A stretch of DNA of 64,000 bases from Nitrospirota bacterium (GCA_963754875.1 CAVWHO010000008.1:256001-320000), one strand, 5' to 3'; positions 28,692 to 38,992 are shown, counted from the first letter of the stretch. A program made the numbers and translations. Notes: generated by a model not told the origin, from the sequence alone.

Positions 28692-29486
28692 CTACCCTTC
28701 CCTCCGCCGCCCTGAGGACGCGGCCAATTGAACAGCGTCAGGATTGAAAAGACGAACGCCGTGTTTCGCGTATTTCGCAATAACGCCCTGCCCCTCGGGC
28801 GAGGTCACAAAGGCGATAAAATCCATTGCCTCGCGGTATCGTACGTTTGGAAAACGGGCCGGGTTGACGGCCATTACGCTGTAAAGATTCTTGAGCGCCG
28901 GGTCGCCCTGGAGAAGAACCTTCAGACCGAGCTGCTTCTCGTAGTTCAGGAACGTTGCGATGTCGGTAAGCGTATAAGCTTTCTTCTGGTCAGCTATGAG
29001 GAGGGTGTCGCCCATCTTGCCGCCGGACTCAAAGTACCACCCTTTGCCCTTCGGGCTTATCCCCGCATCATCCCACAGATCCAGTTCTCTGATGTTCGTT
29101 CCCGAATCGTCGCCGCGGGACACGAAAGGAGAACCCAATTCTGCGACGAGTTCAAGGGCTTCCGCGGCAGTTTTTACGGTTTTTACCCGCGCCGGGTCCT
29201 TCGCGGGGCCGGCAATGACGAAGGCATTATGCATGACCGAGCGACGGTTCACGCCGTACCCTTCGGCGACGAATTTCTCCTCGCGGAAAGGATCGTGAAC
29301 AAAGAGCAGGTCAGCCCCGCCTTTCTTGGCGATGCGAAGGGCCTTCCCGGTACCAACGGCGATCACCTCTACGGTCACGCCGTATTTCGAGGATTTCTCA
29401 TAGGCGGGAATAAGGATGTCGAAGAGACCGGAGTTCTGCGTGCTCGTTGTTGAGGCCATGACGAGCTTAGCTGCTTGTTTTTTCAT
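28692..29486 (-). CDS. TupA-like tungstate-binding protein lacking a signal peptide
   Basis: RBS GGAGGTG, then MKKQAAKLVMASTTSTQNSGL; FVSRGDDSGT; AYTLTD. Confidence 0.85.
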   Translation of the reverse strand: MKKQAAKLVMASTTSTQNSGLFDILIPAYEKSSKYGVTVEVIAVGTGKALRIAKKGGADLLFVHDPFREEKFVAEGYGVNRRSVMHNAFVIAGPAKDPARVKTVKTAAEALELVAELGSPFVSRGDDSGTNIRELDLWDDAGISPKGKGWYFESGGKMGDTLLIADQKKAYTLTDIATFLNYEKQLGLKVLLQGDPALKNLYSVMAVNPARFPNVRYREAMDFIAFVTSPEGQGVIAKYAKHGVRLFNPDAVQLAASSGRRREG

Positions 29487-29545
29487 ATGAACACCTCCAG
29501 GAGGACGATAACTATAATTGTAGGGATGACGCCGGTGAAAGTAAA

Positions 29546-29582
29546 ATGCATAAAAATCATGAATAATATGATTATTATGCAT
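29546..29582. promoter_or_regulatory. Inverted-repeat operator (LysR-type boxes)
   Basis: ATGCATAAAAATCAT-N7-ATGATTATTATGCAT; 15-bp arms with one mismatch, each arm ATG-N9-CAT. Confidence 0.55.
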
Positions 29583-29644
29583 ATATGCTTGATCCGCATC
29601 TGTTCAATCGACTGGGCCGCTGTGGAGGGGGATGATCGACGAAA

Positions 29645-30391
29645 TTAATTCCGGCAATCGGCTATTGAGTAGAGGAGTCGGTCCCCTGTGTTGACAAGCA
29701 TTTCAACCTCGGGGCAGGCTGGTGAGTCCGACACTTCGCAAGGAGTGCCGACCTGTACGATCCTGCCATTGGCACAGATGATGAGCTTGTCTGCCAGGGC
29801 CGAAGCTTCGGCAAGATCATGGGTCACGAGCACGACGGGGATGGGAAATTCGCGCCGTATCTCTTTCAGGAAATTCTGCATTTCAGCGCGCAGGGGGGCG
29901 TCGAGGGCCGAGAAGGGCTCGTCCAGGAGGAGCGCGTCGGGCCTCCGGATCAGCGCCCGGGCAAGGGCCACACGCTGCTTCTGTCCACCTGATATTTCAT
30001 GGGGAAATTTTTTTTCCAGTCCTGCGATCATGAACCGCTCCATCATATCCCGGGCGCGCTGCTCCCGCACGCTCCGGCTCAAACCGTGGGCGCCATAGAG
30101 AATATTCTCCCGGACCGTCATGTGCGGGAAGAGCGCGAGGTCCTGGCATACATACCCGAAGGAGCGGGCCTGCGGAGGCAGGTCGATTGCAGCGGCGCTG
30201 TCGTATACGGGGTTTCCGTTCAAACGGATGTTTCCCCTGTCGGGCTTCAGCAGACCCGCGATCATCCGAAGCGTCATGGATTTGCCTGCGCCCGAGCAGC
30301 CGAAGAGCACGGCCAGTTCTTCGCCGATCTCCCACTGGGCGTCGAGGGTGAAGCCTTTGACCGCTTTTCTGATATTGACCGAAAGTCCCAT
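29645..30391 (-). CDS. modC: Molybdate ABC transporter ATPase (no TOBE domain)
   Basis: GCSGAGKS, ISGGQKQR, DEPFSALD; follows modB. Confidence 0.9.
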   Translation of the reverse strand: MGLSVNIRKAVKGFTLDAQWEIGEELAVLFGCSGAGKSMTLRMIAGLLKPDRGNIRLNGNPVYDSAAAIDLPPQARSFGYVCQDLALFPHMTVRENILYGAHGLSRSVREQRARDMMERFMIAGLEKKFPHEISGGQKQRVALARALIRRPDALLLDEPFSALDAPLRAEMQNFLKEIRREFPIPVVLVTHDLAEASALADKLIICANGRIVQVGTPCEVSDSPACPEVEMLVNTGDRLLYSIADCRN

Positions 30392-31056
30392 TAGATAACC
30401 CGTTTCGTCCACCTGTTCGCTGCATACAGGAAGAGCCCGGAGATGGCCGTAAAGAGAAGGACCATCGCGTTCGCCTCGTACCGGTCTCCGCTTGCCGTTG
30501 CGGAGTAAATCGCCAGCGGCATCGTGTTCGTTTTCCCGGGAATGTTGCCCGCCAGCATGAGCGTCGCACCGAACTCGCCCATGGCGCGCGCAAAGGAGAG
30601 GACTGCGCCGGCAAGCATTCCTCTTTTGGCGAGCGGCAGAATGACCTTGAACGCTGTCCACCATTCCGAATGGCCCAGGGTATAGGATGCATTGATCAGG
30701 TTTTCGTCCACGGACTCTACAGCTGCCCGGGTCGTCTTGACCATGAGCGGAAGCGCAACGACAAATGACGCAAGCGCTGCCGCATACCAGGTAAACATGA
30801 TGCTCCAGCCCGTCCAGCCGTATAGAGTGTGGCCGACCAGGCCGTTTCTGCCGAACAGCAGGATGAGGTAATATCCGGTGACCGTGGGAGGGAGCACCAG
30901 AGGGAGCGTAAAGAGCATGTCCAGGAATTCTTTCCCCTGAAACGACCTGCGCGCAAGGATATAGGCAACTGCAGTGCCGACGATGACGACGAACACCGTG
31001 GCGACCGCCGCCACCTGAACGGAAAGCCGCAATGAAAATAATAAGGAGTTATCCAT
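30391..31056 (-). CDS. modB: Molybdate ABC transporter permease
   Basis: LPLVLPPTVTG, FARAMGEFGAT. Confidence 0.95.
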   Translation of the reverse strand: MDNSLLFSLRLSVQVAAVATVFVVIVGTAVAYILARRSFQGKEFLDMLFTLPLVLPPTVTGYYLILLFGRNGLVGHTLYGWTGWSIMFTWYAAALASFVVALPLMVKTTRAAVESVDENLINASYTLGHSEWWTAFKVILPLAKRGMLAGAVLSFARAMGEFGATLMLAGNIPGKTNTMPLAIYSATASGDRYEANAMVLLFTAISGLFLYAANRWTKRVI

Positions 31057-31065
31057 AGCAACTAT

Positions 31066-31842
31066 TTACTGCACTGATTTAAAACCGTACTTTTCGAGAA
31101 CTTTTCTGCCTTCAGCAGAGCGGACAAAGGATATAAATGCACGGGCCGTCTTTTCGTTTTTTGAACCCTTTACGACACCGATGGGATAGAGAACGGGTTT
31201 GTGACTCGCTTCCGGCGCTACAGTGACAACCGTGACTTCCTGCGGCCTCGTCCTCGCGTCCGTCGCATAAACCACTCCCGCGTCTGTTTCCCCCGTTGCT
31301 ACGTAGTCAAGCACTTGCCGCACGTTCTCCGCAAGGACAAGCTTGTCTTTGATCGCATCGGAAAGTTTGTAAAATTGCAAAACTTCATCGGCATATCTCC
31401 CGGCAGGAACAGTCCTGGGATTTCCGATCGCGATCTTCTTAATCTCGGACTTCTTCAGGTCTTCAAATGAAGTGACGGGGACCTTCGAAAATGCGGGCAC
31501 GATCAACACGACCCTGTTCGACGCGAAATTTATCTTTGTATCCTGCAGAACAAGACCATCCTTATCGAGTTCGTCCATGTCCTTGAGAGCGGCAGACGCG
31601 AACACGTCAACGGGAGCCCCTCCTTTGATCTGCGCCATCAGGTAGCCCGACGCACCGAAATTGAACAGGACCTTTTCAGCCCCGTTCCGCAGCTCGTACA
31701 GTCGTCCGATCTCTTCGAAAGCGTTCTTCAGGCTGATGGCAGCCGAAACCGTGATGTACCTGGATTCAACCGCATAGGCATGCCCGGCGAACACACCGCA
31801 CAAAATTGTAATAATAAACACGGCAAACATTTTTCTCAGCAC
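31066..31842 (-). CDS. modA: Molybdate-binding periplasmic protein
   Basis: AAISL, FGASG, VPAGRY, ENVRQ, VYATD. Confidence 0.95.
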   Translation of the reverse strand: MLRKMFAVFIITILCGVFAGHAYAVESRYITVSAAISLKNAFEEIGRLYELRNGAEKVLFNFGASGYLMAQIKGGAPVDVFASAALKDMDELDKDGLVLQDTKINFASNRVVLIVPAFSKVPVTSFEDLKKSEIKKIAIGNPRTVPAGRYADEVLQFYKLSDAIKDKLVLAENVRQVLDYVATGETDAGVVYATDARTRPQEVTVVTVAPEASHKPVLYPIGVVKGSKNEKTARAFISFVRSAEGRKVLEKYGFKSVQ

Positions 31843-32145
31843 TGCTCATCCCTCCGGTCTTCAATTATTTTATCATAACCTTCTCATGAGTGCATGCGGC
31901 AACGGAGCTTGCGAACGCATCCTCCCGGACGTTCAGGTGGTTCTCGGTCGATGAGAATATTGCAAGGTTTCTACCAGAAGATCGTTTTTGTAATAAATCA
32001 GACTCTTGCCGCGCACACGGGCTGAAGCGGGTGCTGCTAAAATGAGCGATTGCGCTAATTTTTGGCAGTGCATCCATAAACGAGTGTTAAAGACACGGGA
32101 TACGTACAGCAACAAGTTCACGGCCATACCTGTCTAAGGAATTGA

Positions 32146-32174
32146 TTGACAAAGCGTGATAGCGTCATTACAAT
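32146..32174 (+). promoter_or_regulatory. sigma70 promoter of the LysR gene
   Basis: TTGACA-N17-TACAAT. Confidence 0.75.
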
Positions 32175-32204
32175 GGCATCGTTTTAGATGCATTTGGGGA
32201 AAAA

Positions 32205-33110
32205 GTGGAAGATCACCGGCTGAGATCATATTGTCTCGTTGTCGAGACGAAAAGCTTTTCACGGGCGGCCCAGGCCAAACACATGACCCAGTCGGCCATG
32301 AGCCGTCTGATAAAAGGTCTTGAAGACGAGCTGGGCGTCAAACTCTTGCTTCGCGAAGGCAAGACTGTCACCCCCACGTCTGAAGGAAAAATTTTCTACG
32401 ACCATGCGAAAAAACTTCTGGAGGGCTACGTGCGGCTGGAGCAGGAAATCAACAGCGCCGCGGGCACTGCCAGGGGATCGCTGCGCCTGGGATCGAGCAG
32501 AACGCCGGCCTTTCATCTCCTTACGCAGGCACTCTACGATTTTTCAAAAAAACATCCCGAGATCAGGATCGATTTGACCATCGCGAAAACCGAGGGCATA
32601 CTGCGCAATCTTCGCGAAGGCCGGATCGACATCGGCATCGTGGAAAGCCGGGGCCTCGAAGAAAAGTTTTTTGCCGAAACGCTTGCCGAAGACGAGGTCG
32701 TCCTGATTGCGCCGGAAAACCATCACCTCGCTGCAAAGAAATTGATCACCCTCCAGGACCTTGTGAGCCAGCCTTTCATCCTGCCGGGGGGCGGATCGGG
32801 CACGCGGGCACTGGTTGACGATTTTTTTGAAGGACAGGGGATCGATGCGCGGCGGCTCAATGTGCGGATGACCGTGGGCAGCCCCGAATTCGTCGTCCAG
32901 ATGGTCCGGGCGGGACTCGGCGTCGCCTTTGCGTCAAAATGGTCCGTGTTTTCAGCGGTCAAAGAAGGCACGGTGAAAGTGCTGCGGCTGCCGGGAAAGA
33001 AGATACTGCGCAAGTTCTATCTCGTGACCATAGACCGGGAGCCGGCCTCCGCCGCGGCACGGACCTTCAAAGAGTTCATCAAGCAGCACCGGTTCTTCAT
33101 CCCGTTCTAG
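32205..33110 (+). CDS. LysR-family regulator (CysL-like), divergent from modABC
   Basis: SFSRAA...TQSAMSRLIKGLEDELG helix-turn-helix; GSGTR motif. Confidence 0.93.
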   Translation: MEDHRLRSYCLVVETKSFSRAAQAKHMTQSAMSRLIKGLEDELGVKLLLREGKTVTPTSEGKIFYDHAKKLLEGYVRLEQEINSAAGTARGSLRLGSSRTPAFHLLTQALYDFSKKHPEIRIDLTIAKTEGILRNLREGRIDIGIVESRGLEEKFFAETLAEDEVVLIAPENHHLAAKKLITLQDLVSQPFILPGGGSGTRALVDDFFEGQGIDARRLNVRMTVGSPEFVVQMVRAGLGVAFASKWSVFSAVKEGTVKVLRLPGKKILRKFYLVTIDREPASAAARTFKEFIKQHRFFIPF

Positions 33111-33166
33111 GCGATGGAACTGCGCCGGGGGAACAATCCGTGGGGGCATAAATTTCTCGTGACGGA

Positions 33167-34435
33167 CTACGCGCTCTCGATGAAGATAGCTGCCGGGTCT
33201 TCGAGATACCCGAGAAGTCGTGTTAAAAATTTGGCCGCGCCTGCGCCGTCATTTACCCGGTGATCAAAGGTGAGCGAAAGAGGAAGGATCTTCCGCACCA
33301 CGATCTTGCCTCCTTTGACCCAAGGTTTGTCCGAAATTTTTCCTGTGCCGAGAATCGCGACGTCCGGATAGTTGATGATCGGCGTGGCAAAGGTTGATCC
33401 GTAGGTCCCGTAATTGGTAATCGTAAACGTGCTGCCCCTCAGGTCCTCAAGCTTGATCGTCCGTTCCCGGGCCTGTTTGCTCAAACTCTGGAGTTCCACG
33501 GCAAGCTCGTGGATGGTCTTCTTCTCGACGTTTTTAACCACGGTAACAATGAGCCCCTCGGCCGTGTCCACGGCAACGCCGATGTTGAAGTATTTTTTGA
33601 GTATGATCTCCTCGCGGTCTTCGTCAACGGAGGCGTTGAACGTGCCGAACTCCATGAGCGTATGCTGAACGGCCTTCATGAAAAAGGGCATGAAGGTCAG
33701 GTGCACCTCTTTATCTTCGAGCGCCTTCTTTTCGCGCGCCCGAAGGTCCCAGAGGTCGGTTATGTCAGCTTCGTCCGTTTCCGTTACCGAGGCTGCTGTC
33801 TTCTGTGCCAGGACAAGGTTCTTCGCAATCGTCTTTCTCAACCCCTTGATCGCCACCCGCTCGAATGGTCCATGCTGGTCTTCGTCTTTTGAGGGCAGCT
33901 TTGTTGCCTTGAGCACGTCCTCCCGGGTGATGCTTCCCCCGGGGCCTGTTCCCTTGACCTTATCGAGAGAGACACCCTGCTCCTTTGCAAAGGAACGGAC
34001 AGCCGGTACGGCGAGTACAACGTTTTCCTCGTGCTCCGGGAGTTCGCCGACAACAGAAACCGATTTCGGCCGCGCTGCCGCAGGCTTCACTTCCTCCTCT
34101 TCCTCAGGCAGCTCACCCACAACGGACACGGACTTGCGTGGCTCCGCAGGCTGAGGCTTCTCCCGTGCAGCGGCAGGCTGCTCGCCGATCTTCTCGCCCG
34201 CCTCACCGATGACCATGAGCACCTCGCCAACCTTGACCGTGTCGCCTTCTTCTCTGGAGAGTCTAAGGACCGTTCCCCCTTTGGGAGACGGAACTTCGAC
34301 GACGGCTTTGTCCGTCTCGATCTCGAGGACTGCCTGGTGCTCCTCAATGACCGCACCTGCCTTGACGAGCCATTTTCTGATTTCGCCTTCTGCGATGCCT
34401 TCGCCCAGGTCGGGCAGAATAAAATTGAATGCCAT
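33167..34435 (-). CDS. pdhC: 2-oxoacid dehydrogenase E2 (dihydrolipoamide acyltransferase)
   Basis: Lipoyl motif ETDKA, subunit-binding GTGPGG, catalytic FDHR. Confidence 0.9.
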   Translation of the reverse strand: MAFNFILPDLGEGIAEGEIRKWLVKAGAVIEEHQAVLEIETDKAVVEVPSPKGGTVLRLSREEGDTVKVGEVLMVIGEAGEKIGEQPAAAREKPQPAEPRKSVSVVGELPEEEEEVKPAAARPKSVSVVGELPEHEENVVLAVPAVRSFAKEQGVSLDKVKGTGPGGSITREDVLKATKLPSKDEDQHGPFERVAIKGLRKTIAKNLVLAQKTAASVTETDEADITDLWDLRAREKKALEDKEVHLTFMPFFMKAVQHTLMEFGTFNASVDEDREEIILKKYFNIGVAVDTAEGLIVTVVKNVEKKTIHELAVELQSLSKQARERTIKLEDLRGSTFTITNYGTYGSTFATPIINYPDVAILGTGKISDKPWVKGGKIVVRKILPLSLTFDHRVNDGAGAAKFLTRLLGYLEDPAAIFIESA

Positions 34436-34651
34436 GGCCAGAATCCCTTTCTCATGAACAGGAAACAATCAAAAAAGATATTTTTCTCGCAGAGCCGCGG
34501 AGGACGCGGAGAAAATCTTTAATTTCCGGTTTGGAACCACAGGTCCGACTCTATCAGACTCACGGTAAAGAAAAGATGTTTACGCAGATTGCACAGATAA
34601 AATCCAAGACGTTCGAGTTACTCTGAACTCCGAACTTTGAACGCTATTCTG

Positions 34652-35614
34652 TTAATACTGCAGCACCGTCTCGATGGCCTTTCGGATCCTCGCCACGTTC
34701 GGCAAATAATGGTCCTCGAGCTTGGGCAGCGGCAGGACGACATCGTACGACGTGACCCTGAGGATAGGCGCTTTGAGATGGAGCATGGCAAGCTCCGCGA
34801 TCGTTGCAGAAAGCTCCGCGCCCAGACCGCAGGTAGAAGGCGCTTCTTGCACGATCACGACCCGCCCTGTTTTCCTGACCGACTGAAGTACGGTCTCCTC
34901 ATCAAAGGGCGAGAGGGTCATGAGATCGATCACCTCTGCATTATATCCCTCCACTGCCTGCATCGTACGCTGGAGCATGCTTCCCCAGGCGATCACCGTG
35001 ACGTCCTTCCCTTCCCGGACGAGCCGCGCCTTTCCGAGGGGGACCGTGTAGTCGATCTCGGGCACATCTTCTTTGATCATCCGGTAGAGCCGGGTTGGTT
35101 CAAGAAAGATTACCGGGTCCGGATCCCTGATCGCGGAATGGAGCAGCCCCTTTGCAATGCGCGGCGAAGAAGGAACTACAACCTTCACACCCGGCATCTG
35201 GCAAAAGAGCGCTTCCGTGCTCTCGGAGTGATGTTCGAGGGCCTTCACGCCCCCGCCGTAGGGAGTGCGAATGACGAGAGAAGCGGTGAACCTTCCTCGC
35301 GACCGCGCCCGGATGCGGGCAGCATGCGAAAAGATCTGATCGATTGCCGAATAGATGAACCCCATGAACTGTATCTCGACCACGGGTTTCAGCCCGAACG
35401 CAGCCATACCGATTGCCGCACCCACTATCGCGGTCTCAGCGAGCGGAGTGTCAACGACGCGTTCAGCGCCGAAGCGGCCGAACAGTCCGTCGGTCACGCG
35501 GAAAACGCCGCCGTCCTTGCCCACGTCTTCGCCCAGGACGACCACGTCCTTGTCCCGCTCCATTTCTTCCCGCAATGCCAGGTTCAAGGCCTGGACCATA
35601 TTCATTGTCGCCAT
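34652..35614 (-). CDS. pdhB: 2-oxoacid dehydrogenase E1 beta
   Basis: GEDVG..GGVFR, DTPLAE, EIQF, EHHSES. Confidence 0.92.
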   Translation of the reverse strand: MATMNMVQALNLALREEMERDKDVVVLGEDVGKDGGVFRVTDGLFGRFGAERVVDTPLAETAIVGAAIGMAAFGLKPVVEIQFMGFIYSAIDQIFSHAARIRARSRGRFTASLVIRTPYGGGVKALEHHSESTEALFCQMPGVKVVVPSSPRIAKGLLHSAIRDPDPVIFLEPTRLYRMIKEDVPEIDYTVPLGKARLVREGKDVTVIAWGSMLQRTMQAVEGYNAEVIDLMTLSPFDEETVLQSVRKTGRVVIVQEAPSTCGLGAELSATIAELAMLHLKAPILRVTSYDVVLPLPKLEDHYLPNVARIRKAIETVLQY

Positions 35615-35615
35615 A

Positions 35616-36671
35616 TCAGAAGTCCTTTAGTTGCCGTGCCTGCCTCTGTGAGAGGCCGGCTGAGGTGTAGGTGAACATGTCCCGCGGGTCGGGGGGCGGT
35701 GCTGTTTCGGCCTTCTTCTGGGCCTCGTCAACAGCGGCTTTTGAACGCGCTTCTACTTCTTTCTGATATGCGTCGGTCCAAACCCCTTTTTTCTCCATGA
35801 AAAGTTTCAGACGAAGGATGGGGTCCCTCGCTTTCCACATCTCGATCTCTTCTTTCGGCCGATACCGCGACGCATCGTCGGAGGTCGTGTGGTCCGCCAG
35901 GCGGTAGGTGAAACATTCGATCAATGTCGGGCCGCCTCCCTTCCTCGCCTTCTCGAGCGCGTCCTTCGTAGCCTTGTACACGGCGAAGATGTCGTTGCCG
36001 TCCACCTGGATGCCTTCAAAGCCGTAGGCAATCGCTTTCTGGGCAATCGTCTTTGACGAGGTTTGGCGCTCGCGCGGAAGCGATATGGCCCATTGATTGT
36101 TCTGGCAGAGGAACAGGACCGGAAGTTGGAAAACGCCGGCCATGTTCAGTCCCTCGTGAAAATCTCCCCGCGAGCTCCCGCCGTCACCGAAATAGGCGAG
36201 CGCAGCAGCACGGTCTTTGCGGTATTTTGCCGCCATTGCCGCGCCCACGGCATGGGGAATCTGGGTCCCCACCGGAATGGAGAGAGGGAACACGTTCATG
36301 GTGTCGGGGATCTTCATGCCCCTCTCGTCTCCTGCCCAGTACTGGAAGATCTGATCCATGGGCAAACCTTTGGCGAGGTACACGCCGCTTTCCCTGAACG
36401 TCGGGAACAGCCAGTCTGACTTCTCAGTTGCAAGAGCGGTCCCTATCTGCGAAGCCTCCTGCCCCAGAATAGAGGGGTACGTGCCGAGCCTTCCCTCCCG
36501 TTGGAGACTGAGCGCCCGCTGGTCAAAGGTTCGCACGAGGACGAGAAGCTCGTACATTCGCTTCAGTTCTTCGTCGGTAAATGACGGAGCGAGAGCGCTG
36601 TCCACGTTGCCCTTTTCATCGAGAATATCGAGACGCTTCACCTGATATGATTCAATGATTTTCTCCGGCAA
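35616..36671 (-). CDS. pdhA: 2-oxoacid dehydrogenase E1 alpha (TTG start)
   Basis: GQEA, TPP motif GDG...NN, YRLADHTTSDD; RBS AGGAGG. Confidence 0.92.
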   Translation of the reverse strand: MPEKIIESYQVKRLDILDEKGNVDSALAPSFTDEELKRMYELLVLVRTFDQRALSLQREGRLGTYPSILGQEASQIGTALATEKSDWLFPTFRESGVYLAKGLPMDQIFQYWAGDERGMKIPDTMNVFPLSIPVGTQIPHAVGAAMAAKYRKDRAAALAYFGDGGSSRGDFHEGLNMAGVFQLPVLFLCQNNQWAISLPRERQTSSKTIAQKAIAYGFEGIQVDGNDIFAVYKATKDALEKARKGGGPTLIECFTYRLADHTTSDDASRYRPKEEIEMWKARDPILRLKLFMEKKGVWTDAYQKEVEARSKAAVDEAQKKAETAPPPDPRDMFTYTSAGLSQRQARQLKDF

Positions 36672-36788
36672 CTGCTGTTTCCTCCTATTATCTAAGGCAT
36701 TCCCTTCAGCCGCACACCCGCCCTGGCAGGCACCTGTTTTGCTTGCATTGTGGATGGAATATCATATTTAGCGACTTGGTATGTCTAA

Positions 36789-36817
36789 AGTATAATCAGG
36801 GGAAACAGGGAAGTCAA
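36789..36817 (-). promoter_or_regulatory. sigma70 promoter of pdhABC
   Basis: TTGACT-N17-TATACT. Confidence 0.7.
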
Positions 36818-36927
36818 TGACAGCAAGGATTTTTTGTTCCGATTTACCCAATGATTTACAGAAATATGCTCCAAAGGGCGTGGATCAGAAATAGTGCGAG
36901 GAAGAAGAAGGAAGGTTCAGCTGTCTA

Positions 36928-37923
36928 CTAGCAGATTCTCGGCAATTGTTCGCCCTGAAGCATATCGATGATGCGCGTGCCTCCGATAGCGGTCTCGAGC
37001 AGCACGCCCCCTGATGGAGCGTCGACAATCTCTCCGATGATCGCGGTTTGTTGCCCGTGTTCGTGTTTTCGCATCGCTGTTACAATTGGTTCTGCATCTG
37101 TTGATTTGACAATGGCTATCAGTATCCCCTCGTTCGCCACAAAGAGCGGGTCGAGTCCGAGCAGCCTGCATGCGCCTTTCACTCCCTGCGCCACGGGCAG
37201 CGCTTGCTCCTTGATTCTGATGCACAACCGGGATTCCAATGCCGCTTCTTTGAGGGTTGTGGCAAGGCCGCCCCGGGTGGGGTCGCGCATGAAATGGATT
37301 TCGTTGGATACGCCGTACATGTTCTTGACAAGGCCATTGAGCGCGCGGGTATCGCTGATAACCGGCGGGGCAAAGGTGAGGCCGTTTCGTTCGGACATCA
37401 CTGCTACGCCGTGGCTCCCGATCTCGCCGCTCAGTATGACCTTGTCGCCCTGTTTGATCTGCGATGCCGATATCGTGCGTTCTCCGGGCAGGACCCCGAT
37501 GCCGGAGGTGTTAATAAAGACCCCGTCCGCCTTGCCCTTGTTCACGACCTTGGTGTCACCGGCCACGATCTTTACGCCTGCTTTTTGAGCGGCGACCGAC
37601 ATGGACGCTATGATCTTTTTCAAATCAGCGAAGGGAAAACCCTCCTCGATCACGAACCCACAGGTAAGGTACAGCGGCTCTGCACCGGACACAGCAAGAT
37701 CATTCACCGTGCCGTTTACTGCGAGTTCTCCGATATTGCCGCCGGGAAAGAAGAGCGGTGTAACAACGTAGGAATCGGTTGTGTAGGCAAGCCGGCTGGA
37801 AGAAACGTTCACTACAGCTGAATCGCCTGCTCCTTCGATGCCGAAGGCAGGTCCGAAGTGCTGTGAGATTAAATCATGCATGAGCTTGCCGCCGCTGCCG
37901 TGACCGAGTAGTATTCTATCCAA
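36928..37923 (-). CDS. hypE: Hydrogenase maturation protein HypE
   Basis: HGSGG, RDPTRGG, C-terminal LPRIC. Confidence 0.97.
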   Translation of the reverse strand: MDRILLGHGSGGKLMHDLISQHFGPAFGIEGAGDSAVVNVSSSRLAYTTDSYVVTPLFFPGGNIGELAVNGTVNDLAVSGAEPLYLTCGFVIEEGFPFADLKKIIASMSVAAQKAGVKIVAGDTKVVNKGKADGVFINTSGIGVLPGERTISASQIKQGDKVILSGEIGSHGVAVMSERNGLTFAPPVISDTRALNGLVKNMYGVSNEIHFMRDPTRGGLATTLKEAALESRLCIRIKEQALPVAQGVKGACRLLGLDPLFVANEGILIAIVKSTDAEPIVTAMRKHEHGQQTAIIGEIVDAPSGGVLLETAIGGTRIIDMLQGEQLPRIC

Positions 37924-37933
37924 GACGTTCTCC

Positions 37934-38992
37934 TTAGTGATTTCCGTACTTATAATAGGCTGCGCAGCTTCCTTCGGTGCTTACCATACACGGGCCGACA
38001 GGTGCTTCGGGCGTGCATGCTGTTCCGAAGAGCGCGCATTCTGTCGGGATCTTGACCCCGCGCAGGATGTCTCCGCAGGAGCAGAGTTCCGGTTCTTTGG
38101 CAGTGGATACAGGCGGGTGGAACTTGACATTCGCATCGAATGCCGCGTACTTGTCTCTGAGCTTGAGGCCGCTTCCGGGCAGGACGCCGATCCCGCGCCA
38201 GTACGCGTCCGTGGGTTCAAAATACTTCTCAAGCAGGGCCACAGCGCGGGGGTTGCCTTCTTCGCGGACGACCTTGGTATATGCGATCTCGACAGCAGCT
38301 CTCTTCTGCGCGATCTGACGCACTATCATGAGGATGCCTTCAACGACCTCTTTGGCTTCAAATCCTGTTACAACGGACGGTATTTTGTACTGCGATGCCA
38401 CGAATTCGTAGGGTTTTGTGCCGATGATGGTACTGACGTGGCCCGGCAGGATAAAACCGTCGACCTGGACGTCAGGCGAATCAAGCAGCGCTTTTAAGGC
38501 AGGCGGTACGAGCTTGTGTGCCGCATAAATAGTAAAGTTTTTGGTCCCTGCCAGCTCGGCATGTGCCAGTGTGCCGGCTATGAGGGGTGATGTGGTCTCG
38601 AACCCGGTTGCGAAGAAAACAACGGTTTTGTCTTTTTCTTTTTGAGCAAGGGCCAGCGCGTCAATGGGAGAATAGAGGACCCGCACGTCTGCGCCTTCGG
38701 ACCGTGCTTCCAGGAGCGACTGCGTTCCTCCGGGTACCCGCATCATGTCTCCGAACGTGGCCATGATGACACCGGGGTTCTTGGCGATGGCAATGGACGC
38801 GTCCACGTCGTGCACCGACGTCACGCACACCGGGCAACCCGGCCCGCTCAAAAGGGTGATGTTCTTGGGGATCACGTCGCGGATGCCGTGTCGGAATATT
38901 TCCACGGTATGGGTGCCGCAGACTTCCATGAGCTTGATCTGTTTATTGATTCCCGCAGCGAGCTTATGCAGTTCTTTGAGCATTTCCTTCAT
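37934..38992 (-). CDS. hypD: Hydrogenase maturation protein HypD
   Basis: MEVCGTH, GPGCPVC, GFETT, PGHVS. Confidence 0.97.
   Translation of the reverse strand: MKEMLKELHKLAAGINKQIKLMEVCGTHTVEIFRHGIRDVIPKNITLLSGPGCPVCVTSVHDVDASIAIAKNPGVIMATFGDMMRVPGGTQSLLEARSEGADVRVLYSPIDALALAQKEKDKTVVFFATGFETTSPLIAGTLAHAELAGTKNFTIYAAHKLVPPALKALLDSPDVQVDGFILPGHVSTIIGTKPYEFVASQYKIPSVVTGFEAKEVVEGILMIVRQIAQKRAAVEIAYTKVVREEGNPRAVALLEKYFEPTDAYWRGIGVLPGSGLKLRDKYAAFDANVKFHPPVSTAKEPELCSCGDILRGVKIPTECALFGTACTPEAPVGPCMVSTEGSCAAYYKYGNH

Noticed and set aside
36698..36737. Minus-strand AGGTGCC...GGCTGAAGGGAA upstream of pdhA, resembling the 5' end of a cobalamin riboswitch
   Set aside because: The core (GCCACTG, GGGAAG, B12 box) is absent and there is no room before the RBS; probably chance or a remnant.
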